A DNA stretch of 61,330 nucleotides. Origin: Craspedostauros australis (lineage: Eukaryota). The notes below the pieces were generated by a model that worked only from the letters and a program-made list of their open reading frames with translations, was not told the origin of the DNA and did no database searches. A program made the position numbers and the translations under genes. Below are positions 1 through 11,294 of this stretch, one piece after another; the stretch's first letter is position 1, and each line of letters opens with the position of its first letter. The DNA lies in NCBI GenBank assembly GCA_030167865.1, contig JALAGF010002361.1, positions 62,001 through 123,330 on the forward strand. The letters run 5' to 3'.

Positions 1-4
1 CCTG

Positions 5-2302
5 TTGCCCTTGGCCGCATGTTTGGGATCCACGTTTTCGTGGCTGCTGTTGCGGACAGTGCTGGAGGGATTCACAGAGGACGATGAAACAAGCGAAGTG
101 GGCCATCGAGCACTGTACGAGTCTTTGTTTGGTGGACCGCCGCCATCAAGCGAAGCTGAATGGTTGGATATCCTGGAGACCTATGAAGGGGAAGGGCTGA
201 TCGAATCTCATGCCGATAGCGGCAGCAGCAGCAGCAGCGGCTCTACTGACGAGTCCGCACCACCCGCGGCATCGCCAACACCAGCGTCCGCTGCATCGGC
301 GTACTCCTTCATTCATGACAAGGTACAGGAGGCGGCATTGGGGATGATTTCTTCCAAAATGCACCTTCTGGAGCTGCAGCATCGCATCGGACTTATGTTG
401 ATGCATCGGTTGTCGCCGGATGATTTTGAGTCGTCGTTGTTCGTGGTGGCAAATCTTCTCAATGCCCGTCTGGATATGATCCCGCAGTATCCATCATCGT
501 CACCAACGACGCCAAAGGCAAATGCCATCGATGTCATCGATGTCATCGATGTCGCGCAAACGGTACGCTTCCGGATTGCAAAGCTCAATCTCGACGCTGG
601 TACCGTTGCTGCATCTCACTCGGCCTTTCGAGCAGCCTTCAAATACTTCCAAAACGCCATCGACATGATGCCGCACAACCACTGGAAGTCGCATTACGAC
701 ATGAGTCTCCAACTGTTCACGTCAGCCACGGAGTGCGCTTACGCGAGCAACAAGTACGAGATGATGCAGAAGTATGGTCGCGTGGTGATCGAGCGAGAGA
801 ACTGCCCTCTTATCGACAAGATGAGGGTGTATCACGTGCTCATGGATGGGGAGGTGGCGATGCTGCAGCGTACCAAACAGAGCGATGTGATGAAGCTAGG
901 CACCGAAGTGATGGCGCAGCTTGGGTATCGGTATCCCAAGAACAATATCATGAGGCTGCTGATCGTCGTCAGAGGGATGCTCAAGCTGAAGGCATCCACA
1001 AAGAAATGGACGATCGAATATTTGGACTCGATGCAACCAATAGAAGATCCGATGGACGAGTTCATTCTGAAAACCATGGACAAGTACGGGTGGGCCGCAT
1101 CTATTTGCGATCGAGACTTGCATCCTTTGATCACAATCGATGGCATCAACGACGCGCTGACGAGAGGGAGATGCAACGGCACTCCAGTTGCTCTGGCAAG
1201 TCTTGCGATGGTCGTAGGTCCCATTCTGGGAGATTGGGATTCTGCAAGGCTGTATACCGACTATGCACTCAAAATGCACCTCACAATGAACGATAAAGCA
1301 TCAGAAACCCGGACTACGCTTATTTCGTATGGCATGGTATTGAACAATCTCATCCCGTACGAGAGCTGCAAGCAACCAATGCTGGACGTCTATTCGGGAG
1401 GTATGGCTGCAGGAGACGTTTACGCTGCGATGTGGATCATCGTCTTCTACCTCGACCTGTGCTTTCTCACAGCCAAGCCGTTGGAAAGCTTGGATGCAGA
1501 CTTCTCGAGTTGGAAGAAAGTGTGCGAAGACTTTCATCAGCACAAGATTTCTGAACAGCTGTCCACCAGGTGGCAAATGGTGTTGACTCTGAGAGAACAA
1601 TCTGATGGACAGGTCGTCCTCGTCGGTGACGCATATGATGAAATCGCAGCCATGCAACGCATCGAAGAAACCAATGACGAGCCGCTGAAAGTGGACATGC
1701 TTCGCACGAAACTTTTCGCTGCAGTGTACATCGGGGATTACTATGGAGCTGCCGAGACGGCTTTGGGCAACTACGATGTCCAACTCAAAGGGTTGCCTTC
1801 CTACATCACGACGATGCCGATAATATTTCTCTCCTCTTTTTCAGCAACGATTACTTGCCACGAAGATGCGCACCTCACACGGTCCAAGCGCAACAAGATC
1901 AAGCGCTTTGCCCAGCGATCCCGCAAGGCACTCCAAGCTGCCGTGGACAGAGGCAATCCGAACGCGGTGCATTACCTTGCCATCCTCACTGCGGAGAGGG
2001 CTGCATGGAAGGCGCACACGAAGCGACGCCAAGGAGACGCGTTCCAAGCCGCCACTAAGCTGTACCAGGATGCCATTCTGCTCTGTGCACGGACAGGATT
2101 CCCTCAGAATCAAGCGCTGGCAAATGAGCGACTGGCCGAGCACATGCTGTTGGAACACGACACGGAAGGCGCGGGGTACCATCTTGACGAGGCAATTCGA
2201 TTGTACGCGGAATGGGGTGCGGGCAGGGTGAAATCGCTGCAGGAGCGTCGCGAGCACATTCGCGCTCCAGCTACAGAGATGAGAGGTCCCAACAAAGCAT
2301 AA
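5..2302 (+). CDS. C-terminal part of a STAND/AAA-type ATPase with helical (TPR-like) repeat region; 5' end lies upstream of the window
   Basis: The frame is open from the window edge. It contains YSFIHDKVQEAA, RIAKLNLDAG..A..SAF.AA.KYF, W..HY..SL.LF and A..LY..AI..AR.G....ALANE......Y.EWGA..V. These motifs are typical of the post-NTPase region of diatom AAA-ATPases related to bacterial Ser/Thr kinase-ATPase-His kinase hybrids. The P-loop is not in the window. Confidence 0.75.
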   Translation: MPLAACLGSTFSWLLLRTVLEGFTEDDETSEVGHRALYESLFGGPPPSSEAEWLDILETYEGEGLIESHADSGSSSSSGSTDESAPPAASPTPASAASAYSFIHDKVQEAALGMISSKMHLLELQHRIGLMLMHRLSPDDFESSLFVVANLLNARLDMIPQYPSSSPTTPKANAIDVIDVIDVAQTVRFRIAKLNLDAGTVAASHSAFRAAFKYFQNAIDMMPHNHWKSHYDMSLQLFTSATECAYASNKYEMMQKYGRVVIERENCPLIDKMRVYHVLMDGEVAMLQRTKQSDVMKLGTEVMAQLGYRYPKNNIMRLLIVVRGMLKLKASTKKWTIEYLDSMQPIEDPMDEFILKTMDKYGWAASICDRDLHPLITIDGINDALTRGRCNGTPVALASLAMVVGPILGDWDSARLYTDYALKMHLTMNDKASETRTTLISYGMVLNNLIPYESCKQPMLDVYSGGMAAGDVYAAMWIIVFYLDLCFLTAKPLESLDADFSSWKKVCEDFHQHKISEQLSTRWQMVLTLREQSDGQVVLVGDAYDEIAAMQRIEETNDEPLKVDMLRTKLFAAVYIGDYYGAAETALGNYDVQLKGLPSYITTMPIIFLSSFSATITCHEDAHLTRSKRNKIKRFAQRSRKALQAAVDRGNPNAVHYLAILTAERAAWKAHTKRRQGDAFQAATKLYQDAILLCARTGFPQNQALANERLAEHMLLEHDTEGAGYHLDEAIRLYAEWGAGRVKSLQERREHIRAPATEMRGPNKA

Positions 2303-3762
2303 CACCGGTAGTCTGATGGTTGATGTGACTGTATCTATTCATGTGTATGGCAGAGATCCTGCTTTGACGCTATTTCGTACGTGTATGCTTCGGTTTGATG
2401 GGTGTCCCCAAGTGCGCCGCGTCTAGCGATTCGATTGCTGTTGCTCTCGTTTGTGGTGCCCAAGAGAAGAGTCGGAGAGACGGTTTGATGGGTGCGATGC
2501 ATCTTCGCGGATACCTTTATAGACTCATTTGGGCATGACCAGACAAGAACAATAATGGCGCGCAAGATCACCAAGGTTGTGGCTTCTCTTCTTGTTCACC
2601 AGAATGAGAAAGGCGAGATCAGACAAGACGACGGCGACGGCGAAGGAATGAAGTGGAGGGAAGATGGTGCTGCGGTGTGGCATGGGATGGGAGCAGGCAG
2701 ATGAAGGTGGAATCAACAATCAATACAATCGACGAGCATTGATGAAGCGCGGAGTTCACAATGATGACTATTGGTAGGGCAATGGTGATGGCTGGCAGGG
2801 ATCCATCCGTGCAGCGGAGAGAAGAGATGAGGCGAAACGTATCAGCAAGAGACGGGGTGGCAAGCAACGGCCCAGCAACGCATTCAACAATCCTGTGACG
2901 TCCCCTTCACCACGAATGAAGTCGCGATGATCGCGATGATCAGGACATGAACGTCCACGGATGCAACTCATTCCATCACAATCGGCGGCATCGCCAATGC
3001 CAGCTCTTACCTCATGCGGAGCAATGATTGGAATAGCTTCGCGGAGGTTTGGCCAACAGCCGACATCACAATACTTGGGAGGACCACGTCTGCGCAACAC
3101 GCACATAAAATACCAGACATGCTGGTCGTCGACGAACCTCCGACAAGCGCAGTTGCTCGATGTTCTCCAAAGCAAGGTACCCAGCATGCACGCGACACCA
3201 TGAAATGCTACAAACATGCTTGCATGCCAAGCATCCGTGATGAGAGCATGCTCTCGTGTTGCATACACAATCGGCCCATTCCTCATGGCGAATGCCTGCG
3301 CAGCGTCCAAACGATTGTGCCAAGGTGCTCCCATGTAGCCAATTGAACAGACATTACGTTCGTCTGTGCTACTTGCGCGAAGTGCCGTCAATCACTGCCA
3401 AGTTGCACAGCACAGACTATGATGATTCTATCATGTTCCTTCCGAGAAAGAAAGCACGGTCAAGTCTCCACACTACACAACACCATACATATGCCGTGCG
3501 AGTACCATCTTCGGTCAGGCTCCTCCCGGACGCAAAGAGAGGATAGCCAAAAGGGTTTCACGAACAAGAGTCGGATGGCAGACCTGCCAACTGTGGCGCT
3601 TGATTACGAGGAGTTGACAGGAACAGACACTCTGCTCTGTGTGGATTGGGCATGGATACGCGGATACGCACATCACTCGTTTGTTAGTTTGATATGATAT
3701 GAAATTAATGTTGAGAATTATCGACTGACCTGCGTTACCGCGCATTTGTTGATGCTGTTGCC

Positions 3763-5607
3763 TCAGTTGGATTTGTGTCGCTTGTTCGCGCCTGCTCTCT
3801 CCATGAGCTCTTCGATGTTATAATGGCCTTTTCTCCTCGCAATATATATCGCTGTCTTCCTTTCACGGTTTTGAATCGTTGTGTCCGCTCCTCCCACTTG
3901 AATCAATGCCTTGGCGATCTTGAGATAGTTATTGGCGGCCGCATGATGCAGCATGGTGTTGCCCTCATTGTTCTGGATGTTCCCAATTGATTGGGTGAAT
4001 GGAATCACGCGATCCTTGTAGGCCAGGTGCGCTGGAGTGTTCCCGTCTTTGTTTTGGATGCAAAGATCCAGTTTGTCCTTGTGTTCCCGAAGCAAGTGTG
4101 TGAGGATAAGCGGGCGCTTATTTTGGAAAGCCAAATGGACTGGCGTGTTGCCATCGTTGTTTTGAGTGCTCAGATTCACGTCAAACTGAAGTAGTTCCAG
4201 CATGGCATCCAGTCGTTCTCCCGTGCAGCCGAGATGGAGCGCGGTGTCGCCATTGTTATTCGTCCTTGGGATATCTAGTGTGATATTCTTGGACGTCAGC
4301 ATAGTTTTGACCATGCGTGCATTGCTCGTTTTCATGGCGAGGTGGAACACCGTGTTGCCTTCATTGTTCTGGATGGTGGCGTCGAGTTGGCCTCGTGTAA
4401 GCGGTTCCCATAATGTGTTCGCACAAGACGCAGGGTTGGCAGCTGCGATATGCAGCAATGTATTGCCGTCGATGTTCTTCGCATCCATATCCATCTGAGT
4501 GCGATGTGTACGGAGGAGGTATTGGATCATCTTGTCATCTTCGGTGCCAAATGCGATGTGGAACAGCGTGTCGCCTTTTCCATTTGTCGTGCGAGTATCG
4601 ACATCCAAGTCGTCCGAATTGATCAAGAAGTCCACCAGGAGAATGCGTTGAAGTCTGCAAGCGATATGTAGAGGCGAGTCGCCGTCGCTGTTCTCCATGA
4701 GCAAGGCTTCCTGAAATTCACTCGGTGCCATCTGCTGCTTGACTCGACGAATGGTTGCATCATCGTTTGAGCGGAAGAGCAAGTGGAACAACGTGTCACC
4801 CTTGTGATCGGCCACGTTCAAGTCTAGGCCCACGTGCTCGGTTTGGCGTAAGAAATCCATCACCTCTGCATGCCTGTTGTTCCAAGCAAGATGGAACGGG
4901 GTCTTCCCATCGTTGTCTTGGATGTTGGGATCGATCCTGGGACGAGGATTGGATTCGTTGTTGGTGATGAGGCATTTCACCGTGCGCAGCAAGCCATGTT
5001 TGCATGCATGGTGGAGCGCTGTCTGGCCGTTGAGATCCTTCAGGTTCACGTCGATTCCTGTGCTTTCGCTTGAACGGATCAAGCACTCCGCATAGTCGAA
5101 TCGTTTCGCTTCTTGGCACGCGAGATGGAGAACGGTGAAACCATCATCGTTTGGGATGTTGCAGAGCGTCTTGGTTTCGTCGGCCTTCACGAGATAGTCC
5201 ATCGGGGCAGCATCGCGGCCGTATTTGCACGCGGAGTGCACAGGAAAATCACCGTATTTATCCTTTGCAAACTGGTAGGCCTCGTAGCCTTCCAGTGTGA
5301 GCAGATACTCTGCGTTGTCAGCGGACATGCTGATGCAGGCAAAGTGCAACGGCGTTCGTTTGCCCCCACTGAGAATGTTCAAATCCACATCAAGGCGGGG
5401 CGATTCGACCATGTACCGAACGAAGTCGACGCTCCCATGGGCGCAGACATAGAGGAATGCCGGGGTCCCCTGCTTGTCTCTGATGTTGACTTCGATATGT
5501 TCCTTGCTGTTCTCAACCATGTTCTTCGCTTGCTGGAACTTTCCATCGAAACATGCTTCGATGAGTGGCGTTTGTCCGTATCTGTTCTGTTTGTTGATGC
5601 TTCTCAT
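3763..5607 (-). CDS. Ankyrin-repeat protein (~614 aa, intronless)
   Basis: Many G.T(P/A)(L/F)H.A ankyrin consensus units (GQTPLIEAC, GDFPVHSAC, GQTALHHAC, GKTPFHLA, GDSPLHIAC, GNTLLHIAA, GDTALHLG, GNTMLHHAA). First ATG is at 5607; the ORF-track start at 5754 is non-ATG. Confidence 0.9.
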   Translation of the reverse strand: MRSINKQNRYGQTPLIEACFDGKFQQAKNMVENSKEHIEVNIRDKQGTPAFLYVCAHGSVDFVRYMVESPRLDVDLNILSGGKRTPLHFACISMSADNAEYLLTLEGYEAYQFAKDKYGDFPVHSACKYGRDAAPMDYLVKADETKTLCNIPNDDGFTVLHLACQEAKRFDYAECLIRSSESTGIDVNLKDLNGQTALHHACKHGLLRTVKCLITNNESNPRPRIDPNIQDNDGKTPFHLAWNNRHAEVMDFLRQTEHVGLDLNVADHKGDTLFHLLFRSNDDATIRRVKQQMAPSEFQEALLMENSDGDSPLHIACRLQRILLVDFLINSDDLDVDTRTTNGKGDTLFHIAFGTEDDKMIQYLLRTHRTQMDMDAKNIDGNTLLHIAAANPASCANTLWEPLTRGQLDATIQNNEGNTVFHLAMKTSNARMVKTMLTSKNITLDIPRTNNNGDTALHLGCTGERLDAMLELLQFDVNLSTQNNDGNTPVHLAFQNKRPLILTHLLREHKDKLDLCIQNKDGNTPAHLAYKDRVIPFTQSIGNIQNNEGNTMLHHAAANNYLKIAKALIQVGGADTTIQNRERKTAIYIARRKGHYNIEELMERAGANKRHKSN

Positions 5608-6810
5608 CGTGTCTGAATTTGAGTGTTGTGGATGAGCAAGAGGTTGGACTGCCAGTGTGGAGAGTTGCGGACTACGAAGAATGATGCTGGAGCGCAAAGA
5701 CGGAGGAAGGCAGACAGATGATGTTGATGTGAGCAAGGACTCCGGTGAGAGCAAAAGGAGGAGAGTGCGATGGTGATCTCAGCAGGAGCGATCGTCATCC
5801 AATCCATCGACCGACGCATACGAGAGGAGAGAGAAGGTGATGTGAGTGTGGTTGTACGACCTATTATAGATGGCAGCATGTCAACAGAAGGATTCTCATC
5901 GTCTGCCACAATCGACAGCACTCATACCGCCACTCTGCAAGGATGAACTCACTGTTACACCGCAGCAAGGTCGAGCCTGATGGTGGCGCGTACGACTACT
6001 GAGTACGACACAGACTCCAACGATGGGATGGTGGGTGACAAATCTTTCTTTATGATGTTGCAGAAGTGAAAAGGTGAAAAGACGGTGTTGTTGTTGTGCC
6101 TATCTGCACGAGTGTCGTGCGTATCCGAAATCAGCGAACACCCCTTGCAATGATTCGGTTTCGGCCGCGACGAGAATCTGTTTCGTTTTGCCGAAAACGC
6201 GATCTTTGAAGTTTTGGCGCGGATCCAGACACATCCGTCGATTCGACTCGCATGACCAATCATCAAATGATGTATTCTTCGATTGGCTTCTTCTTCGTTC
6301 TTGGCAGTATTCGTGATTGAAAGCAGCAACCGTATCCCGTGTAGTTTTCAGTTGCACGTGTCACCAACGACAATCGTTTCCGTTCGACAGTGGTAGGCGA
6401 TTGAACAGGAACGGACGAGTCCCTTGCAGCCGTCGCACGATCGGCACGGCATTGCCGCGCTGATTGGATCTTGCAGACCGGTGTGGAACTCCCAATGCGA
6501 ATAAATTAGCACAGCATTTTGATGTCGATGCGACATTCTGTCTTGCCGAGGTTGGCATTTGCGCTTCATTTTTTTGGTGGCAGTTTGCTTTGACGCCACG
6601 ACCAAAGATGTGAGCGGAAGCGTGTGTGCGTGTGTGTGGAGGAGGCAAGAAAGTGGTGGAGGGGTGCCACGCAAAAAAGCGAAGCATCACGAGTTGTTGT
6701 GCTCGTGACAATCTTGACGGGCATGGCCACGGTGCGGCACAGCACAAATAGTAGCGTGCAAGGGGAACGCAAAGCAAAAGGAAACCAAGCAAGTACAAAG
6801 ATCATCATTC

Positions 6811-6866
6811 AACATTGACAGCAACATCGACGGCAACATTGACGGCAACATTGACAGCAACAGCAA
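6811..6866 (+). repeat. 12-bp tandem repeat CAACAT(T/C)GAC(A/G)G, ~4 copies, upstream of the 6920 ORF
   Basis: caacattgacag caacatcgacgg caacattgacgg caacattgacag read directly from the sequence. Confidence 0.75.
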
Positions 6867-6919
6867 CAGCATAATCCAACACAACCAAGATATAACAGCA
6901 TACACGCATACATGCATAC

Positions 6920-8260
6920 ATGCATACAATTGACATTTTGACCACAGGCACCATGACAACGATGACTTCAGCAATGAGCACGAGACGACAGGTGAACGCC
7001 GACACCGCCGACACCGCCAACAACGCCAACAACACCTTCGACGATCTCAACACCAACGCACTGCCAAGAAGCAGCCTGCACAGCATGATGATGGACGACA
7101 GATCGCCGATCAAGCCATCGATCTCGTTTGCCACGACGGCCGTGGCTGGCAACGTGCGCCCGCAGAAGCAGCATCTGCATCCGTTTGCCATCCAGCGCAG
7201 TTCGCACAACGAGCTCAAGGATGCCACCAAGGCCTTCGTGACCAAGATCTCGATGTCCCGCAGTCGCACCGACACCAGCAACCGAACGGAGGCGACGGAG
7301 CCGCTGTCATTGTGCAGCACTGAGTCTCAGGACTCCTCGACGACTGCCATGTGCGTGCCATCGCACTCAGTTGCCCATGCTGGTGTCCATGCCAGTGTCC
7401 ACACCAATGTCCATCCAGAAGCACAAGGAGAGGACCGAGAGGAGGTCGAGTCACACAGCGGATACATGTCCATCGATGAGGCCAAGGCCGAGGCGGCTGC
7501 TGCTGCTTTCTACAGCGGCAGCGCCTGGAAGCAGAATGCCTGGATCGACGACGACGACGCTCAGTCGATCATCGCGGCTGCCATTGATGGCAATGCCAAG
7601 GCCTCATCGCCCCGTCGCCGCCAAAGCACTTCGGACGATGCCATGCGGACATCATCGTCGCCCGACCAAAGCCTGCTCTCCAGAATGCTCTTCTCTTGCG
7701 GCACCGCTCCTGTGGGCGTGGAAACCGACGATGCCTCCACCATCTACCAGGACGGCATGCATTCCATCACCATGGGGCTGGAACAGATGAAGGGCATTTC
7801 CACGTCATGGCTCAAGGCCCCGGCAGAGCTTGCCGCAAGCCGATCCGCCAGGCAGCAACGCCGACGTTCGACCGGCACGGCAGCTGGAGGCAACGGCAAG
7901 ACCAAGAGCGCCAGCAAGCTCTCGCCATACAGCCTGACAAGACAGCAGCAGCAACTGCACCGGCGCAGCAGCCACGGCAGATTCCACCTGCCATCGTCCC
8001 CATCATCCGTCATGAGCACGACCATCCATGAGAACGACAGCCACGAGGACACGCACGCCATTTCTTGCGACGAACAGACCGCGAAGAACTCGGCGGACAT
8101 CAAGAGAATCGTCGCGCTGCGCCGCCAAAGCAAATCGCCGATCTGCAAGGAGGACGGCTACACCTTCAAGGAGTTTGCGCTCGACAAGGACGATCTCTCC
8201 ACCTCATCGACGAGATTGCGCCGTCAGCTGCGGCACAAGAATCGCCGAATGCTCGTGTAA
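6920..8260 (+). CDS. Hypothetical, largely disordered Ser/Thr-rich protein (up to 446 aa)
   Basis: Long ORF with coding-like C/G third positions. No domain recognised. Start is uncertain because several Met codons lie near the 5' end. Confidence 0.7.
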   Translation: MHTIDILTTGTMTTMTSAMSTRRQVNADTADTANNANNTFDDLNTNALPRSSLHSMMMDDRSPIKPSISFATTAVAGNVRPQKQHLHPFAIQRSSHNELKDATKAFVTKISMSRSRTDTSNRTEATEPLSLCSTESQDSSTTAMCVPSHSVAHAGVHASVHTNVHPEAQGEDREEVESHSGYMSIDEAKAEAAAAAFYSGSAWKQNAWIDDDDAQSIIAAAIDGNAKASSPRRRQSTSDDAMRTSSSPDQSLLSRMLFSCGTAPVGVETDDASTIYQDGMHSITMGLEQMKGISTSWLKAPAELAASRSARQQRRRSTGTAAGGNGKTKSASKLSPYSLTRQQQQLHRRSSHGRFHLPSSPSSVMSTTIHENDSHEDTHAISCDEQTAKNSADIKRIVALRRQSKSPICKEDGYTFKEFALDKDDLSTSSTRLRRQLRHKNRRMLV

Positions 8261-8821
8261 TGCGTTGCGTCACATCCCCGCCAATCACACAATCAGCCAT
8301 CATCAACATCAAGCTTGCTCTTCCCATCAATTCGACAGAGTGCACCATTCCCGCTCACTTTTTTCTTCCAAGAGTGAGATCAACCACCTTTCCATTTCAA
8401 TGCCAGCTTAGACATCGCATCTGTGCAAAGCACATACATCATATCCAATTCCAATTCCAGAGCAATTGTTGTACTTTATGTAAATCTAAATCTAATACGA
8501 CTACTCCCCTAATCTTCTACCCTACACCCTTCCGTGCATGACTTCCACACTCGCCTGAAGTTCATTGATGAACAGGGTGAACAGACCATCAACTATCAAA
8601 GCATACGACGGAGCAATCAAGATGAATATTAGTACACCATGCGAACAAGTATGATACCGCAGAAAGAGCACAATGCGATACGTTCTACTTTGCTTCAGTC
8701 GGTTGATGATTACTACATTTGTAAGGCCCCAACAGAACTCTCGAGAGCGAGAGTACAAGCTGTTCTCGGTCATCTCATCATGCCCATCCTCTGTCCAACA
8801 CCATGCCGCCGTATGGCTTGC

Positions 8822-10753
8822 TCACACCCCATCATAATTCGATGCAATGCCCGATTGGCCCAACGTGGCCGCCTTGACTTCCGTCTCACCAATCATCGAC
8901 TGCAACCCCTGGTACTCTCTCTGCTTCAGGAATTCCGCCGCTTCGCTCTTGTACTCGATCACCTTGCCTTGTCCGGGCAGATGCTTCAAATCCAGGGACT
9001 CGTTTTGCTGTCGCAGCACGGCGTTGTTGGGTTGGACGTACCGGCCTGTGACCAGCGAGAAGTAGGGAGCATCGCCGTCGCTAGCGTCGCTGCCTTCGTC
9101 GTCACCCTGCGCCGCATCTTGCTGCTTCTCAATGGCCACATCGGCATCGACAGCGGCATCCGATGACAGTCCAAGCACGTCATGGCAGTCCAAGCTGTAG
9201 GCCTGACCGCCCCAGTCCAAGTTGCCAAGGGCGATCTCCAGTTCCAATGGCGTGATCACGGGAACATGGTACTCCCGTTCCTCGTCCAGCAACGAATGCT
9301 CGCCGCAGGCAACCAACACGAAGCACTCGATCTCTCCGAAATTGGCCAGCTTCGCAGGGTTGATCTTGCCGACGGCAAAGCTGTAGGATGCCTTGCCCGC
9401 ATCTTCAATCTTCCGACGCAGCGATTCTACTACGCGAATGACATGACGCTGCGACAACGTCGACACCACGATGCCAAACACGTGCGCATCGCGCGCGCGT
9501 TGGCTCAAGTAAAAGCGTCGTTTGAGCTGACGTTGCAAGTACATCGGCAACGAGGTCTCGATCGTCGATGCTTTGGGGGAGTACGTCAGGTAATGGTTGG
9601 GTGGACGTTCCAAAGACAGGAACCGCAGCATCGCATTCGTGTACTGCCGCGTGCTGGTGCCTTGGTCTCCCACGAAGAGGACGACGCAGTCTGACAGATC
9701 ATCGGCGTTGATGCTCGGTGGCAGCTCCAGACCTCCGAACACCGGAAGCGCTTGCTCCGTCTCTTCTTCCGTTTGTTTCTCATCCGACGGCAGTGGCATT
9801 TTCTCAGTTTCTGCCGTCACGGTTGTCCTGGTCGCAGTCGCGGTCGCCGTTGTCTTGCAACATGTCAGGGCATTTCCACTTGCATTTCCACTTGTATTTC
9901 CAGCTGTATTGCCATCGCTATCTTCACAGGTCTGCGACTGCTGGCTCCCACAGCACGATGTCGACACACGCTGGGGAAGCCTGGCAGAGCCATCGCCTTT
10001 CGTCGTCGGTATCCTCGCGGATGCCACAGACAAATCCAGACGCCCCGCCAAGGATGACTCCAGCGACGCCATCGCATGAAGGTAGCCAACATCGTACAGG
10101 AGTAGCATGCGCTTGCATCCGATGCTCTCCTCCTTGATCTTGTCGACGATGCGCGTCGCTGCCCTGTCGACGTCGATCGAAGAGAACCCAAAGCTGTAGA
10201 CGATCGGCATCCCGCTCGTGGGACTCAAGCAAGCATGGCCGTAATGCACAAGGATGTCGGCCTGCAAGTGCAGGGCAGCCACTTCATCCGGGCAGCAGCT
10301 CGCAACGGTGGTGTCGCCAAGGCAAAAGACGAGCGGTGGGACGTCCAGTTTCTGTGCCAAGGCTTCATCCAGAAGCCAGCAGACTTCGGGTGAATCCATG
10401 AGGAACTCATCTGGGAATTGCAACGCAACGCGGAAAGCGCGATCCTGCGGTGCGTGGCCCACGAGATCGGCAGCCACGCGATCGATCTCGTAAAAGTCCG
10501 TGATGGATGCCGTCCCTCTGCCGCTGGTGCGCACATCATTTCCATGCCCGCTGCTCACGGCCGCGGCTGCTTCCTCCACCATCATGGCTCTGGACCCATC
10601 ATCAAAGTGCAGCTGCGGGGGGCTTGCCACGTTGCTTCGTTCCGTCATCGTTCGGGCTGGTGCTTCCCAAGTGATCCGCGCTTGTTCTTGTAATTGTGCC
10701 TGTGTTTGCAAGAGTCTGAGCGGAGGTGAGTATGGTAGCTCGGATGTCAGCAT
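8822..10753 (-). CDS. DPH2: Diphthamide biosynthesis protein 2 (2-(3-amino-3-carboxypropyl)histidine synthase subunit 2)
   Basis: RVALQFPDE, LGDTT..SCCPDEVAA.H..AD..VHYGHACLS, VGKINPAKLANF.EIECFVLVAC.E, PVITP.ELE.AL, and the C-terminal S.AAEFL..R.YQGL...G.SGIA..Y typical of DPH2. Start uncertain: ATG at 10753, 10648 or 10585. Confidence 0.88.
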   Translation of the reverse strand: MLTSELPYSPPLRLLQTQAQLQEQARITWEAPARTMTERSNVASPPQLHFDDGSRAMMVEEAAAAVSSGHGNDVRTSGRGTASITDFYEIDRVAADLVGHAPQDRAFRVALQFPDEFLMDSPEVCWLLDEALAQKLDVPPLVFCLGDTTVASCCPDEVAALHLQADILVHYGHACLSPTSGMPIVYSFGFSSIDVDRAATRIVDKIKEESIGCKRMLLLYDVGYLHAMASLESSLAGRLDLSVASARIPTTKGDGSARLPQRVSTSCCGSQQSQTCEDSDGNTAGNTSGNASGNALTCCKTTATATATRTTVTAETEKMPLPSDEKQTEEETEQALPVFGGLELPPSINADDLSDCVVLFVGDQGTSTRQYTNAMLRFLSLERPPNHYLTYSPKASTIETSLPMYLQRQLKRRFYLSQRARDAHVFGIVVSTLSQRHVIRVVESLRRKIEDAGKASYSFAVGKINPAKLANFGEIECFVLVACGEHSLLDEEREYHVPVITPLELEIALGNLDWGGQAYSLDCHDVLGLSSDAAVDADVAIEKQQDAAQGDDEGSDASDGDAPYFSLVTGRYVQPNNAVLRQQNESLDLKHLPGQGKVIEYKSEAAEFLKQREYQGLQSMIGETEVKAATLGQSGIASNYDGV

Positions 10754-11294
10754 ACCTGTGCGCCGGGGGAGTTGATGTCGATCTTCCGAAGCTCTTGCTC
10801 TCTGGTGGGATGGTGACTTGTTGATGTGTTGGTTGGTTGGTGCGTTGATTGGTTGATGTGAGGATTCGACCGTGTTCTTTGGAATCAGGAAATTTGAGTG
10901 GCGGCAAAGGCAAAACAGAGTGGTACCCAATGGATGAAGCACGTCTCTGCGACATGGATACGACAATAATGATTGTCGATATGCAAATTTATGATATTTT
11001 ACCGCAGGTACCATCATGATGGATTTTGCGCGCCAGCCCAAATCGCAGAAACAGGATCGTCGACCGTCACTGTCTCTGTGGCGCCAAACACCGGAGGAGA
11101 GCAAAAGAAGGTGGCGTGAGGCAACGCAGTACCTACTCTGACAGCATCCAATCGCACTCTGGTCTCTCCAAACCTGCGGCCTTTCCAAACCTGCTCCCCC
11201 CACTCCACTCTGACAAGTGTGCAGCAGAGGACGGACGATTCCAGCACATGGCTGTGTCTCGCATCAGCGTCGCTGTTGCTGCTTCCAACCAACC

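Noticed and set aside
2335-3745. Several short ORFs between the ATPase and ankyrin genes
   Set aside because: No codon bias, domain or consistent splice structure; treated as intergenic.
10754-11294. 5' extensions of the DPH2 ORF (to 11203) and Raptor ORF (from 11217) that nearly touch
   Set aside because: The extensions begin at non-ATG codons and translate to non-conserved UTR-like sequence; this is the shared promoter region.
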